A stretch of 64,000 bases of DNA from an uncultured Alphaproteobacteria bacterium (GTDB taxonomy: Bacteria; Pseudomonadota; Alphaproteobacteria; Acetobacterales; Acetobacteraceae). Made by a program: the position numbers and the translations under genes. The DNA lies in NCBI GenBank assembly GCA_963732425.1, contig CAVSZN010000017.1, positions 18,974 through 82,973 of the forward strand. Direction: 5' to 3'. This document shows positions 46,725 to 54,433 of this stretch, one piece after another; position 1 is the stretch's first letter; each line of letters begins with the position of its first letter. Below the pieces are notes generated by a model. That model was given only the letters and a program-made list of their open reading frames with translations, ran no database searches and had not been told where the DNA came from.

Positions 46725-47174
46725 CGCGCATGATGTCGATCGGTGACGTGGCGCGCGCGACCGGGCGTGAAGCCCACCACCATCCGCTGGTATGAGCAGG
46801 AAGGCTGGCTGCCGCCGGCCGCGCGGACGGAAGGCGGCCACCGCGCCTATGACGAGGCTCATCTGCGGCGGCTGGGCTTCATTCGCCACGCGCGGGAACT
46901 GGGCTTCGAGAGCGCGGCGATCCGCGCCCTGCTCGACCTCGCCAGCCACCCGGAGGCGGATTGCGGCCAGGCGCATGAGATCGCCACCGCGCAGATCCAC
47001 GACATCGATGCGCGACTGCGGCGGCTCGCGGCCCTGCGGGCGGAACTCGAACGGATGGCGACGAGTTGCGCCGGCGGCGTGGTCGGCGATTGCCGCATCA
47101 TCGAGACGCTGGCGGATTTCGGCCACGGGCATTGCGTGGACCCGGCGCATCGCGGCGACGCCGTGCCGGTGTGA
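46721..47174 (+). CDS. MerR family metal sensor, ZntR/CadR-like (5' frameshift)
   Basis: MSIGDVAR.TG, TIRWYE, LGFIRHARELGF, ADCGQA, SCAGGVVGDCRIIETL; ATGA overlap with mntR. Confidence 0.9.
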
Positions 47175-47233
47175 CGACGGCGGCGCGCCGGCCGCCCGTC
47201 CAGCCTGGCTGGAACCGACGGCCTGCCGTCAGG

Positions 47234-48887
47234 TCATGCCAGCCAGCCGCAGCCCGCGCAGGAAATGGTCCATGTCCCGCCGCCGCACATAGGGGGCGGC
47301 CTGGCGGAAGCGCGCAACCGTGAAGCCGGGGTCGAGTTCCAGCATCGCGCGCACCAGCGGCCGTGCCTCCGCCGTCCTGCCAAGATGCCCGAGCGCGGCG
47401 ATCTGCGCCCGCAGCGCCGCGGTGAAGCGAGGCTGCAGTTGCAGCACGGCGCGGCCGATCTCCAGCGTCGTCTCGAAATTGCCGAGCAGCATCTCCACGG
47501 TGGCGAGCCCGGCCTCGGTGAAGAAGGCATGCGGGTTGCGCGGCAGCAGCGCCAGCGCGCGCCTGAGGTGCCGGCGCGCCGTCTCCAATTCCCCCGCATA
47601 GGCATGCGCCATGCCCGAGAAGGTCCAGGCCGCCGGCAGGGCCGGGTTGATCTCCAGCGCCTGGCGGGTCAGCGCCAGCGCCTCGGGGATCTGGTGATGC
47701 AGGAAGCCGCGCACATGCCCGGCGATGGCGAGGCCCCGCGCGTCGCGCGGGTCCAGCATGATGGCCTGCTCCGCCGCCTGGCCGGCCGCGGCCAGCGCAT
47801 CGCGGTCCTGCGCCGCCCAGCCCTGGCCGACCAGCAGCACGTTCCAATAGGCGAGCCAGGCCTGCGCCGAAGCGAGGCGCGGCTCCCGCCGCACCGCCAT
47901 GGCCAGCACCCTGCCGGCGCGCTCGAAGGCGTCGCGTTCAAGCCGGTAGATGTCCGGCACGACGCGCAGCACCATCTCCTGCGCGCTGGCCTCGGCAAGC
48001 GGGCGTTGGGCGGCGCGCTCGGCCTCCAGCAGCAGCAATTCGTGCTCGAGCCGGGCGCAGGCCTGTGCGGCGACCTCCTCGACGTAGGCGGCCGGCTGTG
48101 CGTCATCGGGCGCGATCACGGCGGACCACGGCACGGCGCCGCCGCCGCCGACATCGACCAGCCGCAGCGAGACCTGGGGCCGCTGCCCCGGCAAGGTGGA
48201 TGTTGCCGGCCAGCAGGTAGTCCGGCACCGGCGACGGGCCGCCCCGGCACTTCCACCAGGACGGACACCGAGCGCAGCGCCGACAGCGCGGCGACGATCG
48301 CATCCGTCGCCGCCACGTCGAGATGGCCCGCCCGCGCGCCGGCAAGATTGTTGAGCGGCGACACCAGCACGCTGGCGCGGCGCGCGGCCGATGGCACGCC
48401 GCGGTCCGGTTGCGCGCGGGCCTCGGCGAGGGTGCCGCGCGGCGCACCGCCCTCGGCGCGGGCGAGCCAATCGTCCAGTTGCGGGTCGATGCCCTGCAAC
48501 TCGGCCAGGAAGGGCCAGCCGGCACTGCGTTCGGCAATCTCCACCGTGACGCCCTCGGCCAGCAGCCAGATCGCGGATGCGTCGGCGCCGAGGATATCGA
48601 GCCCCTGGGCGAGCAGCGAGGCGCGCACATCGTGCAGCACGTCGCGCAGCCGCGCGAGGGCATGGCGTGCCTCTGCCCCCGACCACAGCAGCCCCGCCAG
48701 CAACCGGCGCGGCATGCGATGACCGGCTGCGAGGGCGAGCAGCGCGATGAGCGCGCGCGGGCGGGTGCCGCCCGGTGCCACCGAACGCCCGTCCGCCGCC
48801 AGACATCTGCAGCGTGTCGGCCAGGTGGATGCGCAGCCCGGGCCTGGCGAGGCTGGCCTCCTCACGCGCAGATCCGACGCTGGACAC
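47234..48887 (-). CDS. SARP-type winged-helix regulator with TolB-like and TPR domains (frameshifted)
   Basis: RALIALLALAAGHRMPRRLLAGLLWS...LARLRDVLHDVR; VLVSPLNNL...DYLLAG...VSLRLVD; TPR-like AIMLDPRDA, ALEINPALP, ALALLPRNP; start codon uncertain. Confidence 0.78.
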
Positions 48888-49021
48888 CCTGGACCCCCTC
48901 ACGAGCCATGATTGCACCGACGCGATTCCGACGCCGGCCGACGCCGTTCCGATGTGCATTATAAAGCGAAAAAGAACAAAGATTTTCGCCATCAGGTAGA
49001 AAACATACGAAAGCCCACCCC

Positions 49022-49714
49022 ATGGATGCCTTCGCCTGCCAGCCGGTTTCGGCGACGGCCCGCCCCGTGCCGCGGCGCGCCACCACCCCTTCGCCACCCA
49101 TCGCGGCGGCGTCGCAGGCCGAGGACCGCGAGATCCTGTTCGCTCTGCTCGCCCCGTGCCTTGGCTGCATGGAGGCGGCCGAGGCGGTGGAGGCGGTGAT
49201 CGCGCGGTTCGGCGGCCTGGCCGAGGCGACCGCGGCGCGCGCGAGCGACCTCGCGGCCCTGCCTGAACTGGGGGAGGCGGGCGCCGCGGCGCTGCGGGCG
49301 GTGATGGCCGCGGCGCTGCGGCTCGAAAGGCTGCGGCGCACCCGCCGGCCGGTGCTGGCGCAGACCGCGGTCGTGGTGGCCCATCTGCGGCGCCGGGATG
49401 CGCCGATCCGCGTTGGGGAACTGCGCGCCTTGTTCCTCGACCCGCGCGGCGTGCTGCTGGCGGAGGAGACGGTCGGCCCCGCTGTCGCGGCCGGCGTGCC
49501 AGGCCATGTCCTGCGGCGGGCCCTGGCGCTGGACGCCGAGGGCATCGTTCTCGCGCGCGGCGGGGAGGGCGGCGATCCGGTGGCCAGCGACAGCGACATC
49601 GCCATGGCGCGCAGTCTCGACCAGGCGGCGCAGGTGATGGGGCTGCGGTTGCGCGACCATCTGGTGCTGGGCCGCACGGCGCATGCATCGCTGCGGGAAG
49701 AGGGCGCGGTTTGA
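49022..49714 (+). CDS. RadC-like HhH + JAB/MPN protein, catalytically degenerate
   Basis: ILFALL...VIARFGGLAEA...LPELG; LFLD...VLRRAL..DAEGIVLARGGEGGDPVASDSD...LRDHLVLG...SLREEG; HNHPSG is replaced by RGGEGG. Confidence 0.8.
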   Translation: MDAFACQPVSATARPVPRRATTPSPPIAAASQAEDREILFALLAPCLGCMEAAEAVEAVIARFGGLAEATAARASDLAALPELGEAGAAALRAVMAAALRLERLRRTRRPVLAQTAVVVAHLRRRDAPIRVGELRALFLDPRGVLLAEETVGPAVAAGVPGHVLRRALALDAEGIVLARGGEGGDPVASDSDIAMARSLDQAAQVMGLRLRDHLVLGRTAHASLREEGAV

Positions 49715-49817
49715 CGGGCCGGCGTTCCACCCCGGCGGCTGCCTTCGATACCCGGCGATCCCGGTGCCGGGCATGCCGGCGGCCTTCGCCGCAACCACGT
49801 CGCCCGGTGCCCCCGAT

Positions 49818-49878
49818 GGCATTCCAAAGGCCCCGCGCCCATGGCGGGGTGGCTGGGAGGGGCGCTGCCCCTCCAACC
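49818..49878 (-). repeat. REP-like element, copy 3
   Basis: Reverse complement ggttggaggggcagcgcccctcccagccaccccgccatgggcgcggggcctttggaatgcc closely matches 12456-12516. Confidence 0.78.
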
Positions 49879-49882
49879 GCCT

Positions 49883-50647
49883 TCACCCTTCGGCGCGACG
49901 GCGCCGCCGCACCTCGGCGGCGTTCCGCCCAGCGGGCAGCCGCCGCCGCGCCGCGGCGCGACGACGCTGTGGTCGTAATCCGCCCATTCCGACGGCCCGA
50001 ACGCGCCGGCGACCGCTGACCACCGGCGCGTCGTTCAGCGCCGCCTCGGCATAGGCTTCGCGCGGGATGGGCTGGACCTGCAGGAAGGGCGTGTCGCGGC
50101 GGAACTCGACCGGTGCATGGGTGCGGGTCAGGCGCAGGTTGACGAACAGCGGTCCGAACCAGCGATCGGCCTCGACGATGCCCTCGAAGGCTTCGTAGCC
50201 GGCGGCGCGCGGCAGGTTTGCGGGCGGGCGGACCAGCAGGGACCAGCCCGGCCGGGTGCGCGCCATCAGGCCCGACCACAGGTTCAGCAGCCCCGGTTCG
50301 GGCAGGGCGCCGATGAAGGGCGGCGACCAGCCGCGCAGCGCCTCGGGCGCGGCGGCGTCGAACGGCTCGCGCAGGCCGGGGAATTGCGCGACCGAGAGCG
50401 GGTACCAGCCATCGGCACCCTGCCAGGTCCAGCGCATCTCCGATCCGTCCCACACCACCGCGAGGTCGATCGGCGGGAAGACCAGCCAGCCGAAGGCGGC
50501 GGCGGTGGCGGCGGATTCGCAGTAGCGGAAGGCGCGCGTCGGCAGCGTGCCGCCGGCCGAGCGATCGGCGCGCTGCGGCGGCCGGCAGCCCGCGGTCGCC
50601 GGCACCAGGTGCCAGAAACGGACCAGCGGTATGGCGTCCTCGGTCAA
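49883..50647 (-). CDS. DUF6065-like protein
   Basis: PQRADRSAGGTLPTRAFRYCE, AAFGWLVFPP, TRPGWSLLVRPPANLP, EGIVEADRWFGPLFVNLRL, PFLQVQP (family recalled, not searched); TTG start 9 nt after AAGGAG; C-terminus may be frameshifted. Confidence 0.75.
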   Translation of the reverse strand: MTEDAIPLVRFWHLVPATAGCRPPQRADRSAGGTLPTRAFRYCESAATAAAFGWLVFPPIDLAVVWDGSEMRWTWQGADGWYPLSVAQFPGLREPFDAAAPEALRGWSPPFIGALPEPGLLNLWSGLMARTRPGWSLLVRPPANLPRAAGYEAFEGIVEADRWFGPLFVNLRLTRTHAPVEFRRDTPFLQVQPIPREAYAEAALNDAPVVSGRRRVRAVGMGGLRPQRRRAAARRRLPAGRNAAEVRRRRRAEG

Positions 50648-50764
50648 TGCCGGGATCTCCTTGCATTCTCGTTCCCCAGGGCAGGTTGCGGCGGCTTGCG
50701 GCCGACGGCCGGCCGATCGCCAGGTCGCGCGGCGGGCGGTGGATGTGACAGGCCGGACGATGCT

Positions 50765-50803
50765 GCCGGCACCGCCCTGCGCGCGGCGCCTGGCGGTGCC
50801 GGC
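50765..50803 (-). other. 12-bp GC stem hairpin just after the peptide ORF stop
   Basis: gccggcaccgcc (50765-50776) pairs with ggcggtgccggc (50792-50803); no U-tract. Confidence 0.65.
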
Positions 50804-50808
50804 GGCGT

Positions 50809-50991
50809 TCAGCCGCGGCCGAACACGGGCGACAGGCCGCCGAGGCGCAATTGCCCCGCATCGGCGACCGCCGCCGGCGGGAACAGCGGGGACAGGCCGC
50901 CGAGGCGCAGCGCGCCGGCCTCGGGGCGCGGCGTGGGGCCAGCGGGCCCGGCCATCGGGAAGGCGGGCAGCGGCGGGAGGGTATCGATCAT
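50809..50991 (-). CDS. 60-aa putative precursor peptide with duplicated [E/D]AGxLRLGGLSPxF motif
   Basis: MIDTLPPLPAFPMAGPAGPTPRP-EAGALRLGGLSPLF-PPAAVA-DAGQLRLGGLSPVF-GRG; AAGGA RBS; 60-bp DNA period. Confidence 0.75.
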   Translation of the reverse strand: MIDTLPPLPAFPMAGPAGPTPRPEAGALRLGGLSPLFPPAAVADAGQLRLGGLSPVFGRG

Positions 50992-51257
50992 CGGGGGGGT
51001 CCTTCGTGACGGGAAAAGGCCTCGACGGAGGCCGGCGGATGCCCTGCCTTGGCCGGGCGATGCCGCGCCCGGCTGCGGGCGGGCATTGGGAGCCCACCGA
51101 AACCGGCGGTGGGGCGAGACAAATTTCTTATGATGCGCCGCGCCGCGACACGCCTGGAAGCGGACGGCCAGGCGGTTGCGGATGCCGCCAGGACGCAAAA
51201 TATCTCAGGTTTCGGACGCAATTCGTCCCTTGGCTCGCCATTGGTATCCTCGGCGCG

Positions 51258-51300
51258 ATCGGGGCGTCAAGTATAAAATCCTAGGAAACTTGACCCCGAT
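51258..51300. promoter_or_regulatory. inverted repeat in divergent promoter region
   Basis: atcggggcGTCAAGT-ataaaatcctaggaa-ACTTGACcccgat with an AT-rich centre. Confidence 0.45.
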
Positions 51301-51374
51301 GAGGGGCTTGGGTTTGCCGCGGCGGACCCGGTAGGATCGCCGCACCGGGTCGCGCCAGACCACCACGGAGACAC

Positions 51375-52746
51375 ATGCTGCACCGCCCGTTGATCCGCCG
51401 GCTGGCCATTCCGGCCGCCATGACCGTGCTGGCCCTGCTGCTGCATCTCCTGCTGCCGGATGAGGGCATCCCCGGCACGCTTGCGGTTGTTCGCCGGCAC
51501 CGCCTTCTGGCTCGCCATCGCCTGGAGCGCGGCGCGCCTCGCGACGCTGCTGCTGGCCGGCTATCCGAAGTTGCTCAGCGACCTGATCGGCGCGGCGCTG
51601 TTCATCACGGCCGGCGTCCTTGTCTCGCAACTGGTCTTCGACCTGCCGGCGACCGGGCTGATCGCCACCTCCTCGGTGCTGATCGCCGTGCTCGGCTTCG
51701 CGTTGCGCAACACGCTCGGCGACATCTTCTCCGGCATCGCGCTGGGCATGGAATCGCCCTACGCCATCGGCGACTGGATCGAGGCGACCGAGAACTGCGC
51801 CGGGCGCGTCACCGGCATCTCCTGGCGATCGACCAGGCTGGTCACCCGCGACGGCGTCGTTGTCGCGGTGCCGAACGGGCTGATCGCGGCGCATCGCATC
51901 GCGGTCTATGGCGCCGAGGGCATGGGCGCTACCGCGTGGCGCTGACACGTGCCGATCGACCTGCGCGTGCCGGCGGCGCGGGCGCGCCGCGTGCTGCTCG
52001 GCGCCGCACTCGAAGCCGGGCGTGCCCTGCCGGACTTCGCCCCGGACGTGGTGCTGACCGACATGTCGCAGGGCACCGCCAACTACGCCGTGCGGTTCCA
52101 CGTGCCCGATTTCGGCGCCGAGATGCGCTGGCGCGACGCGGTGGCGGGCGCGGTGCAGACGCGCGCTGGCGCGCGCCGGGCTGGAGATCGGCAGGCCGGG
52201 CCGCGAGGTGCAGCCAGGCCGGCCCTGGCGCGAGCCGCGCCCGCCGGGCCGGCCATGCTGTTCGACACGCTCGACCTGTTCCACCCCTTCACGGCGGAGG
52301 AGCGCGAGTCACTGGCGGCCGCCATGACCGAACGCCTGCTGCAGCCGGGCGCGGCCGTGATGCGCCGGGGCGAGGCCGGCGAGACGCTCGGTGTGCTGGC
52401 CGAGGGCGTGCTGGAGGTGCGGATCGCCAGGCAGGATGGCAGCGAATGGGTGGTGGACCGGCTGTTTCCCGGCGCGGTGTTCGGCGAGATGGCGCTGCTG
52501 ACCGGCCAGCCGCGCAGCGCCACCATCCTGGCGACGACCGAGGCGGTGGTCTTCGAACTGCACCGCGCGGACATCGAGCCGGTGCTGCGTGCCCGGCCCG
52601 CCGTCCTCGAGGGCCTGACCGCCATCATGGCCGAACGCCAGGCCCGCAACAGCGCCGGCGCCGCCGGCCCGGCCATGCCCACCGCCGCGGCGCCCACGCG
52701 CGAGGATATCCTGATGCGGCTGCGGTCGTTCTTCGGGATCCGATAG
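51375..52746 (+). CDS. MscS mechanosensitive channel with C-terminal cNMP-binding domain (frameshifted)
   Basis: AVLGFALRNTLGDIFSGIAL..PYAIGDWI, ISWRST, VPN; PGAVFGEMALLTGQPRSATI. Confidence 0.88.
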
Positions 52747-52803
52747 GGGGCAGGCCGCCGGGCGCGTTGAGCCGAGCCGCGGTCGACCGGCGCGATCAGC
52801 GCG

Positions 52804-53185
52804 CTACCGGCACTCCAGCACGCGGATGTCGTAGACCGGGTGTTCCAGCATGTGCACGCCCGGCGCATTGGCGAACATCCAGCCGAGGAAGGCCGGCGGG
52901 CTGCCGGCGGCGGCGCGGCTGTCGGTGATCTCCATCCAGGCCGGCCGCGTCCGGCACGTCGTCGGGCGCGCGGCCCTGGCAGGCGCGCAGCCTGATCGTC
53001 AGCGAGCCGAAGGTCACCGAGCCGCCGACCGGCGCCTCGATGACCGTGACGCGGGCGGTCACCTTGTCGAGCGCCTGCAGCCGCGCGCTGCGCATCGGCA
53101 CCCATTCCTGCGCCGCGGCCGGGCCCGCCAGCAACAGCGGAGCCACCAGCGCCATGGCGGCGGCGGCGATTGCGCCGCACCTCAT
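52804..53185 (-). CDS. DUF2155-like exported protein (frameshifted)
   Basis: ARLQALDKVTAR, FGSLTI...AC, GWMFA, LEHPVYDIRVLEC. Confidence 0.85.
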
Positions 53186-53402
53186 GCGCGGCCGCTTCGG
53201 GCTGGTCGAGCCCGGCCACCATCTCGGCCAGGATGCGCCGCATCGCGGCCTCGTCCACGCCCATCAGCAGCGCGTCCTCGAAGACGTCCTGCAGCGCCTG
53301 GCGCGCCTCCGCGTGGTTCTCCGCGAGCACCTTGAGCTTCTCGCGGCAGGAGACGGGCTTGCCGTCCGCACCGGGCCACAGCGCGGGGGGCGCGACGCTC
53401 AT
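53182..53402 (-). CDS. small hypothetical protein
   Basis: WPGADGKPVSCREKLKVLAEN...QDVFEDALLMGVDE; ATGA coupling to both neighbours. Confidence 0.7.
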
Positions 53403-53903
53403 CGCGGCGCGGGCGGCGGCCGGGGCGGGCTGGTCGCTGCCGCGCTGCTGGTTCATCTCCGTCACGCTGAAGATGAAGCGGCCGAGCAGGCTTTCCAGGC
53501 TGACCGCGCTCTGGGTGATGGTGATCTCGCCGCCATCGCGCAGGATGCGCTCCGAACCGCCGGGCACCAGGGCGATGTACTTGCCGCCGAGCAGCCCCTC
53601 GCTCTGGATCTCGGCCGAGGTGTCGCTCGGCAGCCGCAGCGTCGGGTCGACGCGCAGCGTCAGCACCGCGAGGAAGGTCTCGGGATCGATCCGCTGGCCG
53701 GCCACCTGGCCGACCTTGACGCCGGCGACGCGGATATCGGCACCGGCGGCCAGCCCGTCGATGCGGTCGAACCGCGCCGTGAGGGACATGCCGGCGGTGG
53801 TCAGCGCCCGTCCGCTGCCGGTGACGGCATAGGCGAGGAAGGCGATGGCGACGACCAGAACCACGGCACCGGTCAGGATCTCGGCAAGGCTGCGCTTTTG
53901 CAT
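53399..53903 (-). CDS. mlaD: outer membrane lipid asymmetry protein (MCE domain)
   Basis: EILTGAVVL, ARFDRIDGL..GADIRVAGVKVG, SEGLLGGKYIALVPGG, TQSAVSLESLLG. Confidence 0.9.
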
Positions 53904-53922
53904 GGCTATGGGATGTCGGGGC

Positions 53923-54277
53923 TCAGCGCCCCGGTGTCCAGGCCTCATAGTCGCCGGCGCTGTGCGCGCGGCCGGCCGCGGCATGGCCGGGCGGATGCCA
54001 GGCGCCGGCGGTGCCGGTCTGGTTCGGCAGGTGGGCCTTCTGCCACGGCTTGCGCGGCGCGTTCTGGTCCAGCGGGGCGTCGGTGGTGTGATGGATCCAG
54101 CCCCACCATTCCGGCGGCACCGTGGTCGGCTCGGGCGCGCCGGCATAGGTGACGCGGCGCATCGGGCGCCCATAGGTGTCGCGGCGGGACGCGCGCCTCC
54201 CAATAGGTGTTGCCGGCGCTGTCCTGGCCGATGCGGCGGCTGGTCAGGCGAATGAACAGGCTGTCGAACAGGGCCAT
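53923..54277 (-). CDS. NADH:ubiquinone oxidoreductase NDUFA12-like protein (frameshifted)
   Basis: GQDSAGNTYW, VPPEWWGWIHHT, PWQKAHLPNQTGT, DYEAWTP. Confidence 0.9.
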
Positions 54278-54351
54278 GCGGCACGTCCTCGGGGCAAACG
54301 GTAAGCGCCCCTGATGCCACAGCCGGCGGCCGGGCGCAAAGATCGCGCTAT

Positions 54352-54400
54352 CCACAGGATATTGGGGGTCGGGAGGCAAAAAGCACACAAGATGCGGCTT
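54352..54400. promoter_or_regulatory. tandem NrdR-like boxes upstream of the NrdJ remnant
   Basis: ccacaggatattgggg (54352-54367) and acacaagatgcggctt (54385-54400); starts 33 bp apart. Confidence 0.55.
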
Positions 54401-54433
54401 CCACCCCGGCGCAACCGCGCATAGCATCATGCC

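Noticed and set aside
48960-49015. LexA box before the RadC-like gene
   Set aside because: GAAC and GAAA half-sites are present but not at N7 spacing.
47229-50861. 1210-aa minus-strand ORF
   Set aside because: A chance read-through in GC-rich DNA joining shadow frames to the real TPR C-terminus. It overlaps the RadC-like and DUF6065-like genes.
52083-54320. Apparent NDUFA12-MlaD-hypothetical-DUF2155 fusion
   Set aside because: ATGA overlaps at the junctions plus indels explain the read-through; these are normally separate genes.
54278-54433. Cobalamin riboswitch before the NrdJ-like gene
   Set aside because: The region is short and I saw no B12-box or other conserved riboswitch elements.
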